Below are positions 35,718 to 45,091 of a stretch of 64,000 bases of DNA, in pieces. The translations under genes and the position numbers were made by a program. The notes under the pieces are model-generated. The model made no database searches. It was given only the letters and a program-made list of their open reading frames with translations, and was not told the DNA's origin. Numbering within the stretch: position 1 is the first letter of the stretch; each line of letters opens with the position of its first letter. Source of the stretch: Escherichia phage vB_EcoM_MM02; the sequence record MK373784.1. One strand, written 5' to 3'.

Positions 35718-36403
35718 TACCAGCCTTCCATAGGGAATTCCAGATAAACTTGAGCATTGACACGAATTTCATTGGTAATCTTTTTAACTCGGTCTGTATT
35801 ACGAGATACACGTCCGAACCAACGCCATCCGTTACTAATTGCACGAGAACCAGTGTGCCATGTTTGCCAATCAAACTGAAGAAGAGTACGATCTGGAGCT
35901 TCCCATTTCTCTAGTTCACCTTTTTCAATTTTTTCGAGGACTTCTTTGTGCCACTGGCGATAGATAAGTTCGCCATCAGGAATCTGACTGAACTCTGCAG
36001 TTCCTGTTGCAAAATGAGTAGGACACACGTCAGCGTTAACAAGACCAAGAATATGTTCAGAATGGTAACGAGGGTTGTCATAGTCAGGTTGTCCTGCAGT
36101 AATAAAGTGTTGACCAACTGGAATATCAGGGCGAGGAACATCGTCATGGTGGTATCCAGGAATAGCAGGATACCAACCAGGCATCAGCATATGAACCCGA
36201 GAATCAAATACAACATGTTGATTAGTCCAATCAATTGGGAGATTGGCAATAAAGCTACGAGTGATTGAGCCACCATTATCCCAAGCAAAACCCAAATCAC
36301 AATTAAAGAACATTGGTTCATTTTTGATTCGGTCATTTTGTACGTTATGTGCAAAACTACCAACTGCACGAGCTTGACTATTAAAAGTTTTAGAACTATT
36401 CAT
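35717..36403 (-). CDS. Hypothetical 228-aa protein
   Basis: His/Asp-rich segments (GYHHDDVP); no confident family assignment. Confidence 0.45.
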   Translation of the reverse strand: MNSSKTFNSQARAVGSFAHNVQNDRIKNEPMFFNCDLGFAWDNGGSITRSFIANLPIDWTNQHVVFDSRVHMLMPGWYPAIPGYHHDDVPRPDIPVGQHFITAGQPDYDNPRYHSEHILGLVNADVCPTHFATGTAEFSQIPDGELIYRQWHKEVLEKIEKGELEKWEAPDRTLLQFDWQTWHTGSRAISNGWRWFGRVSRNTDRVKKITNEIRVNAQVYLEFPMEGW

Positions 36404-36404
36404 A

Positions 36405-36710
36405 TTATTTTCCTCGACATTCTTTAATGAAATTTTCTAGATTGGTAGATTCAATAGCTTTTTTACGAGCTTCTGCATGTTCTTCTTCAGACAATTTACA
36501 TTTATAATTAACCCAGACATTATGGTCGAAACTAGTCGTGGCATATAATAACAATGCTCCAACGAATAGCAAAAACGGCGATAAGAATACAAAACCAGGA
36601 ACACCATCCATACTGTAAGCCTTTTGTAATACTGCAACAGAAAGAGCTGCGTAAAAAAGTGATACAAATATTGTTAAAAGACCAATTCGGTTGGTTTCGC
36701 CTAATTTCAT
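36405..36710 (-). CDS. Hypothetical membrane protein, C-terminal FIKECR motif
   Basis: 101 aa; two TM helices; ends ...ENFIKECRGK. Confidence 0.45.
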   Translation of the reverse strand: MKLGETNRIGLLTIFVSLFYAALSVAVLQKAYSMDGVPGFVFLSPFLLFVGALLLYATTSFDHNVWVNYKCKLSEEEHAEARKKAIESTNLENFIKECRGK

Positions 36711-36768
36711 AATATTCTCCTCATGTTTTAATAGGACTACTATAACATAGTCCTATCAGTTTGTACAC

Positions 36769-36987
36769 TTATTTTGACATTTCTTCGATGTCACGACGAT
36801 ACCCATCACGAACTTCACGAAGAGCTTCAAGGCCACACATAGGCTCGATACCAGTAATGTGAACTTGATTAATCTGATACTCTACATCTTCTAACTGAGC
36901 GAAAACATAACGACGTTCTGCTGCACAACCAGGTTTAGCTTTACCGAAACGTTTATTCAAAGTAGTCATTTTTATATCTCCATTCAC
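36769..36987 (-). CDS. Hypothetical protein
   Basis: 72-aa ORF. Confidence 0.4.
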   Translation of the reverse strand: MNGDIKMTTLNKRFGKAKPGCAAERRYVFAQLEDVEYQINQVHITGIEPMCGLEALREVRDGYRRDIEEMSK

Positions 36988-37049
36988 TCATTTGTTTTGA
37001 TAGGTCTATAGTATCAACAACTACAGACCTTGTAAACTGTTTTGCGAAA

Positions 37050-38006
37050 TTATTTGAAAGGTTTTACCATATGGAAATTTTGTTTGAAACGTTTGACGTA
37101 ATCGTCGTGTCCTAAGCTTTGGTACATACTTACTACTTTGCTATAATTTTCCCAAGCGAACTCACGGAACCATCCTGATGTGATTGATGTACAGACCTTT
37201 TCAAGGGCCATCATAAAACTATCACGTGGATGGATTTTAAAGTCGTTAGGAATCTGTGAACGTTCAAGAGCTAATACACAAGCTTCTTCATATACACCGG
37301 CTAATTTAACCATTTCTGGGAATGATTCGAACTTCTCGCGCGATGTCATAACTTCTGAGCCTTCTTTCATATAAAACTTATAAGCAGGCTGGTCAGTTAG
37401 TGCAATGGCTTCATGGATAGTATCATGGTCATACGTATAGATGTCATCTTTAAAGAACGCACTTTTAGAAGTGTCAAGAACTGGGTGAGCATAATTCAAG
37501 GTTTCTTTCTGGCGTTTCAGCATAATTTCAGTAAGTTCATCGTTCAGTGTAACACCTTTACCACGAAGATACTGAATATGGTTCATAGTCTTTAAAAAGA
37601 ATGGATTATTTTTCTTGAAACGATGAGACATCTTAATTGCAAGACATATCTCAGGAGTTGCCCAGTAAAACCCGTTCAAACGGTCTTTAGTCAAATTTTT
37701 CTTGGCGTATTTTAAAAGGTCATAAGAAGACGTGAAATCTTCAGGAGTGAGTTCACCGACTAGTTCGCGAACGTTAGTGATAGCCGGAACGATGTATGCT
37801 TCAAAATGAGTTTCGCGTCCATTATGGAAGCATTTGAAAACTTGGACATCAGGGTTATCTTGGTGAACATATACACCCATCATTTGATTTTTGAATGCAT
37901 TCCAAGAACCTTGGTCCGCAATAAAGTCCCAATCACTATTTTTAATAGCGCTAGAATCAATAAGACCGTGATAGTGAAGTGCACGAGAACCAATAACTAA
38001 CATCAT
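37050..38006 (-). CDS. Hypothetical 318-aa protein
   Basis: Largest ORF in the e-tRNA island; N-terminal VIGSRALHYHG...SDWDF is weakly NTase-like. Confidence 0.45.
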   Translation of the reverse strand: MMLVIGSRALHYHGLIDSSAIKNSDWDFIADQGSWNAFKNQMMGVYVHQDNPDVQVFKCFHNGRETHFEAYIVPAITNVRELVGELTPEDFTSSYDLLKYAKKNLTKDRLNGFYWATPEICLAIKMSHRFKKNNPFFLKTMNHIQYLRGKGVTLNDELTEIMLKRQKETLNYAHPVLDTSKSAFFKDDIYTYDHDTIHEAIALTDQPAYKFYMKEGSEVMTSREKFESFPEMVKLAGVYEEACVLALERSQIPNDFKIHPRDSFMMALEKVCTSITSGWFREFAWENYSKVVSMYQSLGHDDYVKRFKQNFHMVKPFK

Positions 38007-38034
38007 AATATTTTCCTCGGATTAATTCATTAAC

Positions 38035-38286
38035 TTAAATTTCACGACATGCGATATTATATTCATCCCAGAGGTCATCATGTGAAGCCTCTACCAATGG
38101 AACGATTGTACCGTTTATGTCTTCATTATAAGGGCAAATTGTACAGTGCGCATCTTCGAATCGGATGCCTTTGTGTTCAGATTTTTTATAACGCATATCG
38201 AATATCTTTGCAAACTTTTCACGAGTAATGGTTTTACCAACCACTTTGGTTCCTATACTTTCGTAATAAATCATTGTGGACTCCAT
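38035..38286 (-). CDS. Hypothetical protein
   Basis: 83-aa ORF. Confidence 0.4.
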   Translation of the reverse strand: MESTMIYYESIGTKVVGKTITREKFAKIFDMRYKKSEHKGIRFEDAHCTICPYNEDINGTIVPLVEASHDDLWDEYNIACREI

Positions 38287-38336
38287 TTGTTTTGATAGGA
38301 CTACTATAACATAGCCCTATCTTGTTGTAAACTGTT

Positions 38337-38534
38337 TTAGCAAGAATAACTAGATGATACCCAGCCTTGAACAGTGATACTATTGTGGGATAATGAGATC
38401 GCGTCCTGGAGATTCAGACCTGCGTTATCTTCAATCCATAATGTAACTTCTTCGCGTTCTTCTGTTGCAATTTGGAACAGGTTTTCCAGAGCAGCTACTG
38501 CCGTACGTACAGCACAATCTAATTCACGAGACAT
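38337..38534 (-). CDS. Small protein of the C-terminal GWVSSSxxC family
   Basis: 65 aa; ends ...VQGWVSSSYSC. Confidence 0.4.
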   Translation of the reverse strand: MSRELDCAVRTAVAALENLFQIATEEREEVTLWIEDNAGLNLQDAISLSHNSITVQGWVSSSYSC

Positions 38535-38543
38535 ATTGTTTCC

Positions 38544-38816
38544 TTAGCAAGTGTGAGAAGATGCGACCCAACCACCGGTTTCGAGGCTCAGGTTGTAGTC
38601 GTATTGGTAAACGTCAGCCCATTCAGCATAGCCGTTTTTTGTACAACGTTCAAGATCGGCTTTAAGATGTCCGGGTGAATGATAGGTTCCACCCATACCA
38701 TAAGCTGGGTACAAGTTGAACGTTGTGTTTTGTTTATCAGCAATTTCTTTGGCAGCCTCAATAGCTGCATAGATTTTTGCTACAGCTTCAGCCAGTTCGG
38801 TTTGTTCTTTAGACAT
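38544..38816 (-). CDS. Small protein of the C-terminal GWVSSSxxC family
   Basis: 90 aa; ends ...ETGGWVASSHTC. Confidence 0.4.
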   Translation of the reverse strand: MSKEQTELAEAVAKIYAAIEAAKEIADKQNTTFNLYPAYGMGGTYHSPGHLKADLERCTKNGYAEWADVYQYDYNLSLETGGWVASSHTC

Positions 38817-38825
38817 AATGATTCC

Positions 38826-39131
38826 TTAGCACAACGCAGAAGACGAAACCCAAGCACCTTCAGTAATAACGTAACCATTACCTTCACGCTTAACATCGCC
38901 ACCATTATTTTCAATTTCATCTTTCATCCACTGGGATACGATTTCACCCTTAGGATAATAAGTACGACCGCTACCATAATCACCTACAGAAAATGATACG
39001 GCATATTGGTCTGCGATCTTTGTTGCTTCTTCTTCGATACGTTCAGCTTGATTCAGAAGTTTATAAATTGCATCTGAAGCGGATTTGGCATCATTAAACT
39101 CTGGTACTTTAATTTCAATAATCTTACTCAT
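38826..39131 (-). CDS. Small protein of the C-terminal GWVSSSxxC family
   Basis: 101 aa; ends ...TEGAWVSSSALC. Confidence 0.4.
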   Translation of the reverse strand: MSKIIEIKVPEFNDAKSASDAIYKLLNQAERIEEEATKIADQYAVSFSVGDYGSGRTYYPKGEIVSQWMKDEIENNGGDVKREGNGYVITEGAWVSSSALC

Positions 39132-39487
39132 TTTCTACATTCCTTAATAAAGTTTTCGATTGTTTCATTTTCACGTCTAGCTAGGAGTTCATTATAACTA
39201 ATCATTTGAGAAGCGTAAACCTTTTTATTTTTCTTGTTGTGGTTTATAAAATCGTAGTAAAAATAGACTATAGTACAAAATGATGCGATGGATGCAAAGG
39301 CTTGGGTATACCGTAAGTCCTGCCATTGGTCTGTGAATCCACCAGTGTTCCCTATAAATCCTAACACAACGCCGTCAATAAGAAATCCAACTAATCCAAA
39401 GGCAAATCCCATGCCAATACTCATAATAAAAATTAGAATGTTCTCACCAAGAGAAGGCCATACGGTTAAGAGTTGAGGCTTTTGCAT
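39128..39487 (-). CDS. Hypothetical membrane protein, C-terminal FIKECR motif
   Basis: 119 aa; about 3 TM helices; ends ...ENFIKECRK. Confidence 0.45.
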   Translation of the reverse strand: MQKPQLLTVWPSLGENILIFIMSIGMGFAFGLVGFLIDGVVLGFIGNTGGFTDQWQDLRYTQAFASIASFCTIVYFYYDFINHNKKNKKVYASQMISYNELLARRENETIENFIKECRK

Positions 39488-39861
39488 CTTATTTCCTTAA
39501 CGAATTCCATAGCTTCTTCATATTCATACTTTTTAACAGCTTCATCATACTGAGCTTGGGCTTTTGCGCACTGAACTCTCCATTCTCTTAATCGGGCTCT
39601 GTGATGACGGCCTTGGTGCCAATATCCTACCCAATTAATAGGCATTAATAAAAACGGTACAATAAGTGGTGCGACGAACATTAATGAAAATGCTGCATCA
39701 GACGATATAACTTCACTAGAATCTAAAACAGCTCCTATAATCATAAAGATTAAAAATGCTAAAGCTAAAATAGGGCCAAATAGTACTTCATTTGGGATTA
39801 ATTTACGCTTGTATTCATACGCCCAGGGCTTACTTGGCATGTATAGGGTTGGCTTTGACAT
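39466..39861 (-). CDS. Hypothetical membrane protein
   Basis: Likely start MSKPTLYMPSK; two TM helices; C-terminus ...EFVKEIRCK. Confidence 0.4.
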   Translation of the reverse strand: MSKPTLYMPSKPWAYEYKRKLIPNEVLFGPILALAFLIFMIIGAVLDSSEVISSDAAFSLMFVAPLIVPFLLMPINWVGYWHQGRHHRARLREWRVQCAKAQAQYDEAVKKYEYEEAMEFVKEIRCKSLNS

Positions 39862-40453
39862 ATTCTCTACATTCCATAATAAATTGCTCAAGGATTAAAT
39901 TGTTAGTGAAATTAGGACTAACAACCATAGTTTCATAAAGCGCATCAATAGCACTTAAAGCATCAACTCTTTTAAGCAAAGGCTTGCCTTCATACATAGT
40001 TTCAGAATCGATGATTAACGTAAAGTAATATTTTTTATTATCGACTAGAACTTCTGTATCGATATAAAACATATTAGACCTCAGAAGCTTATCTCTAAAA
40101 CCATAATAATCTTCAGAGCGTTCGCTGATATATTCCCATTCAGTGTTTAAACAACAAACAGACCATGTAGGAGCAACGAAATCAGTGAATCTAATATCAT
40201 GGTCTGCAACTAGTTTAGCAATAGCTCCGATATCATGAATCATAATACCTGGGGCTAATAAAGATTTTCTGCTATGGCTAGCCGTTTTCTCGGTGGTCTC
40301 ATAAGAAGACGACCAGTACCATTTACGTCCGGTTGCAACATATCGTAATGAATCAACTAAAGACGTAGGTGGATTTACCTTATCTCGGAACTCTTCGAAC
40401 ATTGAGTCAATATCATTATTTTGGTTTCGCATGTTAACTCCTTTATTATCCAA
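39830..40453 (-). CDS. Hypothetical protein with FIMECR motif near C-terminus
   Basis: 207-aa ORF. Confidence 0.4.
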   Translation of the reverse strand: MDNKGVNMRNQNNDIDSMFEEFRDKVNPPTSLVDSLRYVATGRKWYWSSSYETTEKTASHSRKSLLAPGIMIHDIGAIAKLVADHDIRFTDFVAPTWSVCCLNTEWEYISERSEDYYGFRDKLLRSNMFYIDTEVLVDNKKYYFTLIIDSETMYEGKPLLKRVDALSAIDALYETMVVSPNFTNNLILEQFIMECREYVKANPIHAK

Positions 40454-40481
40454 AAGGAGGACCGGAGTCCTCCGTATTATT

Positions 40482-41075
40482 TTATTTCAAAGAGTTAATA
40501 TATTCTTGTACATCAGCAGAAGTGGTTTCGACGCCGGCTGGAGTGCCATTGAACGTTTCAACACGAGTCAGAGTGTCTTCGATATCAACCTTAGTCAGTG
40601 CAGCTATTTCAATTACATCATCGGCCGTAGAGATACCAAGGGCATTGGCTGCTCGAGTTTCACGAATGTATTCGAGTTTGATTGCCAGGTTCTGACGAGC
40701 ATCGTCAAGTTCAACCACCTTACGAGCAATTTCAATTCGCATAGCGGCGTACCCGTCAGCTTTTGTATTAAGTTGTTCGGCAGTTCGACGATACAGAAGA
40801 CCAAGCTTAGCATGCATAGTAACATCTTGTCCTTCAGCCAGGAGCTTACGAATTTCACGTTCCTTAGAAGCGGCTTGCTTGTTCTTTTCATTAACAAGTT
40901 CGCGAATACGTTTTTCTTCATTAATAGATTTAACAGAAGCCGTTTTTAGTTCTTTGATTTGGGTAATCAACTTATCTGCAGCTGCGTTATACTGTTCTTC
41001 GACAGTCAGATTTTTAGCCATAGCAGTATCCAGTTTAGTGCGAATGAATTCAACAAGTTTCTTCAGTGTGTTCAT
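40482..41075 (-). CDS. Hypothetical coiled-coil protein
   Basis: Likely start [10 protein letters not shown] with AAAGG SD; predicted all-helical. Confidence 0.45.
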   Translation of the reverse strand: MNTLKKLVEFIRTKLDTAMAKNLTVEEQYNAAADKLITQIKELKTASVKSINEEKRIRELVNEKNKQAASKEREIRKLLAEGQDVTMHAKLGLLYRRTAEQLNTKADGYAAMRIEIARKVVELDDARQNLAIKLEYIRETRAANALGISTADDVIEIAALTKVDIEDTLTRVETFNGTPAGVETTSADVQEYINSLK

Positions 41076-41097
41076 ATTATTACCTTTCAATTGGTGG

Positions 41098-41147
41098 TTT
41101 ATTATCCAACGAGAGCATTATACTCTGCTCTCAAGAGTTTGTAAATT
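41098..41147 (-). promoter_or_regulatory. Promoter/stem-loop cassette (gagagc/gctctc arms flanking TATAAT)
   Basis: Near-copy of 10270..10318 with compensatory stem substitutions. Confidence 0.5.
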
Positions 41148-41373
41148 ATTTTTTAATCAAATTGACATAAAACTTGGCGTCTTCGGGGTGCATGCCTTCG
41201 CAGTATTCTTCAACCATGAACTTCTTAACAGCTTCATAAGGACCACTCAGATTAAGCTCAGTTGTCCAGAACTTGGAATCTTGGACTGAATCGATACGAA
41301 CTTCAGGGTGGCGGTTGCGAATAACTTCTTCTGTGTATTCATAATCAACGACATCAATACTAACTTTAGCCAT
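41146..41373 (-). CDS. Hypothetical protein
   Basis: 75-aa ORF. Confidence 0.4.
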   Translation of the reverse strand: MAKVSIDVVDYEYTEEVIRNRHPEVRIDSVQDSKFWTTELNLSGPYEAVKKFMVEEYCEGMHPEDAKFYVNLIKK

Positions 41374-41419
41374 TTTGTTTTCCTCTTGATTTGATAGGAC
41401 TACTATAACATAAACTTAC

Positions 41420-41584
41420 TTAGATGTAAATTATTTCAACGTCACCTTTAGCTGCTTTATAACCTTCAGCCCAAGATACAACAGAGTTTTTATCCGAGGA
41501 TTCAAATTCAGGCATTGGACTTTCACCAATATTCACACAGTATGTTTCTTCATTTTCATCGAACCAAATAATTAAAGTAGTCAT
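41420..41584 (-). CDS. Hypothetical small protein
   Basis: Likely start MTTLIIWFDE with GAGGAG SD. Confidence 0.3.
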   Translation of the reverse strand: MTTLIIWFDENEETYCVNIGESPMPEFESSDKNSVVSWAEGYKAAKGDVEIIYI

Positions 41585-41643
41585 TTTGTTTACTCCTCTG
41601 TAGTTGATAAGTCTATAGTACCACCATCCTTGGCGTTTGTACA

Positions 41644-42147
41644 TCATTTATTTTTAATTTTGCAAATTTTTTCTGCTTCAGCAATTGCAGCGTCAATGAT
41701 GCTTTGTGCAATTTTATTACTAGTTGACCTGGCAATCACACTAAGAACAATTTCTTTTTCTTCACCACCCCAACCCCAAGTCCTTTGTTCGTGGGTACCT
41801 TTAACTACAGCTGAAACTTCAACAGAACGTCCACCATCAGAAGTTTTAACATCTACAACCCAATCACCATCTTTCTCTTCTACCCTTGATTTATCCCAAG
41901 AAATACTAATATATGATTCGCCGTCAATAGAAGTCGCCGGGTTTTTCTCTACCGTAAGACCTTCACTTTCCAGCCATTCAATAGTATTTGCGCATAAATC
42001 AGAAGAACACCTCATCGGAAACCGGCAAGATTTTTCACCTTTAGATGCTGCATCGTACATCTTTTCCAAAATACGCTTTTGCACGTTTTTAAAAATAGTT
42101 TCAGCAGATTCTTCAGATTTTTTATTCAGTTCAGTGTAAAGACTCAT
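41644..42147 (-). CDS. Hypothetical protein
   Basis: 167-aa ORF. Confidence 0.45.
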   Translation of the reverse strand: MSLYTELNKKSEESAETIFKNVQKRILEKMYDAASKGEKSCRFPMRCSSDLCANTIEWLESEGLTVEKNPATSIDGESYISISWDKSRVEEKDGDWVVDVKTSDGGRSVEVSAVVKGTHEQRTWGWGGEEKEIVLSVIARSTSNKIAQSIIDAAIAEAEKICKIKNK

Positions 42148-42242
42148 AACATTTTCCTCTATGGTTGATAAGTCTATAGTATCATGTCCTTAGAAGAAGT
42201 AAACATCTTTATGAAATATTTTTATGCCCTAGATACCAAAAG

Positions 42243-42264
42243 GCCCCAACCATAAGGAAGGGGC
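42243..42264 (-). terminator. Structured terminator-like hairpin (gcccc..ggggc with internal loop)
   Basis: Downstream of the 42271..42735 stop; same element as 26895..26918. Confidence 0.45.
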
Positions 42265-42270
42265 ATTCTA

Positions 42271-42735
42271 TTATTTAATTTGTTTAGCAGACCAGATACG
42301 GTCTTTAATAAGTTTTTGGATATCTTCAACATACTCAAGGCTATGAGCGTGAGGATTATCTTTGAAGCTATGTGCTCGTGCCAGTTTCTGGCCTTCTGTT
42401 TTGATTACTAAAAGCTCTTTAAGAATTGCTTCATACTTAGAAATAATTCCTTTGGCGATATTTTTTTCTTGAGCTGCTTTAGGGTCTGTTTTTGGCGCAG
42501 GTGCTTTACCTGTAGCTTTCTGGAACAATTCACCTGATGCAGCTAGGCTTTTAAAAACTCGGCTAACAGTATTAGCATTAGTAAAACCTTCGGCTTTAAA
42601 ATCTCTAATAAAACGGAAACGTTCTTCATCAGAGGCGTCTTTGTAAGAATATTTACCTGCTTGAATTGCTGCAATCGCAGCGGCTTTTACATCTGAACTA
42701 GATTGTTCAGTCAAAAATTCAGCGTATGATTTCAT
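42271..42735 (-). CDS. Internal protein-like (CTS-bearing) 154-aa protein
   Basis: N-terminal MKSYAEFLTEQ resembles the capsid-targeting sequence. Confidence 0.5.
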   Translation of the reverse strand: MKSYAEFLTEQSSSDVKAAAIAAIQAGKYSYKDASDEERFRFIRDFKAEGFTNANTVSRVFKSLAASGELFQKATGKAPAPKTDPKAAQEKNIAKGIISKYEAILKELLVIKTEGQKLARAHSFKDNPHAHSLEYVEDIQKLIKDRIWSAKQIK

Positions 42736-42781
42736 GTTGCTTTTCCTAAGTTAATTAACTTATCTATTTATTATGCCAAAA

Positions 42782-42805
42782 AGCCCCGACCTTTCGGAAG
42801 GGGCT
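42782..42805 (-). terminator. Structured terminator-like hairpin (agcccc..ggggct) followed by T-run on minus strand
   Basis: Third copy of the architecture; lies between the tRNA region and the downstream ORF. Confidence 0.45.
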
Positions 42806-43116
42806 AAGCCTTGCGGCAACCTTGTCGGGGTTCCACCTGCTAAGGCAAGTGTTTGTACGAAACGCCGGGATTCGAACCCGGTTATTAAGCAGTTGACGCT
42901 ACTCAATATTTTTAAAAGGCCATATCTCGACCATATCCGAACGTTCCGTCAAAAACGCTACTCGGCTTACGGCAAAGATATTTCCTCGAATCGATAATTC
43001 GGTGCGCCGTTTCTGCTGTGATGTAAGGGGATATTAACAAATCGTAAAGATTTATTAAGACCAGTCCTTACTCAGGGAACATCAGTCCGACGACTTGCCG
43101 GTAGCGACCCGGCTTC

Positions 43117-43463
43117 TTATTTTGGCATATCATCAATTTGCTCTCGACGCCGACGCCATAGATTAATCGCTTCATTAACACATTCAGCATTTGGTATATG
43201 ACGACAATAGTATAGTGATTCGCGTTTCTGGAACCGATGTTGTAATGGAATTTCGTTTAAAAGGTCTTTACGGTCAAAGTATTCAAAACTAGTTAACCCT
43301 GAACGGTTTTTAAGAAACTTCCAATGGCCAAATTCATTTTGGAAATAAACGTAATCAGCGTGTTGATATAACGAATTAATCAACCGGTCGGAAATAACTG
43401 TTTCACGTTCGTTAAAATAAAACGTTAAGTCATGAACTACCAGATAAATATTGCCTTTCATAT
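43117..43463 (-). CDS. Hypothetical protein adjacent to tRNA genes
   Basis: Likely start MKGNIYLVVHDL with GAGGA SD 17 nt after tRNA-Arg; the track ORF's upstream extension runs into the tRNA. Confidence 0.4.
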
Positions 43464-43479
43464 TTTCCTCACTTAAAGT

Positions 43480-43556
<77 letters not shown>

Positions 43557-43559
43557 GAT

Positions 43560-43634
43560 TGGTGACCCTGGCTGGTTTCGATCCAGCTACCTATCAGTTA
43601 TGAGCTGACAGCTCTCCCATTGAGCTACAGGGCC
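43560..43634 (-). tRNA. tRNA with CAT anticodon (Ile2 or Met type), CCA encoded
   Basis: Hand-folded cloverleaf: acceptor GGCCCTG/CAGGGTC, D stem GCTC/GAGC, anticodon loop CTCATAA, T stem GCTGG/CCAGC, 3' ACCA. Confidence 0.7.
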
Positions 43635-43713
43635 TAAATAACTTTCTATTATGAAAGGCACTTTAGAGCACCTTTGGTAATAGAGGGTATGAATTAATAA
43701 TAACACATAATTC

Positions 43714-44229
43714 TTAAAGCAAATCAATCATTTTAACAGTCGGCAAAACGATTTCTTCTTCAATATAAGCAAATTCAACACATTCAACTACACGCAAGAA
43801 ATCATAATCATAATATTCAGAAGCATGGCCAAGAATATCAATGAGACCTTCTGATACTAAATATCCATTCTCATGGAACAGGTCGAATACACGCGATTCG
43901 TCTTCTTCAGATTTATTACCGAGGTCGACTTCAATATCAAAGACCTTTTTAATGAATTCTGGATAAAGCTGGTCTGAGAACAGTCCTTCAACCAAGTATT
44001 CATAGATTAAAAGCGAACAATCACTGAATAGTGTATTACCACAGTAACGTTCAGCTTTAGTGCTGGAATGACGGCTCTTAAATTTCTTTAAGAGATATTT
44101 AAACTGTTGGAGCTCATGCTCTTCTACACCAAATAATGTTTTGGTTTTATAGTTGTCGCCGTCATTTTCCCAAGTAGTGACATCAATTACGTAACCCTTA
44201 GGAATTGTACTGCCTAAACAAATATTCAT
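43714..44229 (-). CDS. Hypothetical acidic protein
   Basis: 171-aa ORF. Confidence 0.45.
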   Translation of the reverse strand: MNICLGSTIPKGYVIDVTTWENDGDNYKTKTLFGVEEHELQQFKYLLKKFKSRHSSTKAERYCGNTLFSDCSLLIYEYLVEGLFSDQLYPEFIKKVFDIEVDLGNKSEEDESRVFDLFHENGYLVSEGLIDILGHASEYYDYDFLRVVECVEFAYIEEEIVLPTVKMIDLL

Positions 44230-44233
44230 TTAC

Positions 44234-44524
44234 TCACCGTACCATATTAATGTAATTATATTCAATGCAACGTAATTTCAAAGGATTCTTGAAAATATCA
44301 TATTCAAGAGGGCCTTTTTCTGTTTCAATAAAGAAATCAAAGTTAACTGTGTTAAATTTATCGTCTTCACAGAGTAATTTAACTTGCGAAGATGAACGGT
44401 CGATATAAACCTTTTCAACCTCAAAGTTAGTCAGAATACCGTAGTCATCAACTAGTGCTTTAGCTGCACGTTGATCGCTTTCATATCCATTCTCAATGGA
44501 CGATACTTTAGCATAAAGAATCAT
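44234..44524 (-). CDS. Hypothetical protein
   Basis: 96-aa ORF. Confidence 0.4.
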   Translation of the reverse strand: MILYAKVSSIENGYESDQRAAKALVDDYGILTNFEVEKVYIDRSSSQVKLLCEDDKFNTVNFDFFIETEKGPLEYDIFKNPLKLRCIEYNYINMVR

Positions 44525-44883
44525 GAATGTTCCACCATTTCAAAGGTATGAGCATCAACAATATGATACCAGTCAAAATTTTCTTCTGCGTTTTTATAAA
44601 TTTCGCGAAGAGCCTCAACAGTTTTTCCTGTAGCAACAAGGTCGTCAATACCACCAAGAGGATAACAGTCATAACCAGCAAACAGAAGGAAATTAATAGT
44701 TTCTGTAGGTTCTGGATGCAGTGTACCGTTGTCATCGACTACTTCAAAGAACATATAACCAGGCGATTTAGATTTAATCCAAGCCCATGCTTGAGCTGCT
44801 GAATCAAATGGTCTGCGTATCAAACGACAATCATGGTCTTTAGAAGGATTTGCTTCAAAATCCGCATATACGTGATATTTCAT
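44521..44883 (-). CDS. Hypothetical protein
   Basis: Likely start MKYHVYADFE with AAGGTGAG SD right after the upstream stop. Confidence 0.4.
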   Translation of the reverse strand: MKYHVYADFEANPSKDHDCRLIRRPFDSAAQAWAWIKSKSPGYMFFEVVDDNGTLHPEPTETINFLLFAGYDCYPLGGIDDLVATGKTVEALREIYKNAEENFDWYHIVDAHTFEMVEHS

Positions 44884-44884
44884 T

Positions 44885-45091
44885 TTACTCACCTTTTGCA
44901 ATTTTATCCATAACAATAGCGATTAAACCGATTAGAAATGCTACTACCAATGAGATAGAATTTTCAGTTGTTGTCAGTAGTCCGCAAATGAATCCTACAA
45001 ACATCGAAAAACTAAAAGCCATTGAAGCAATTACTACAGCAACATTACGAATCAGTTCAGCGCGTTTCATTTTATTTCTCCATTTACTCAT
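44885..45091 (-). CDS. Hypothetical small membrane protein
   Basis: 68 aa; two hydrophobic helices. Confidence 0.35.
   Translation of the reverse strand: MSKWRNKMKRAELIRNVAVVIASMAFSFSMFVGFICGLLTTTENSISLVVAFLIGLIAIVMDKIAKGE

Noticed and set aside
40482-41075. PspA/IM30-like protein
   Set aside because: The resemblance is only compositional (all-helical coiled coil); no conserved motif could be matched by eye.
42858-42948. Possible third tRNA with a canonical T-arm
   Set aside because: Acceptor and T-arm pair well but no D-arm or anticodon arm could be folded; reported only as a tRNA-like remnant in findings.
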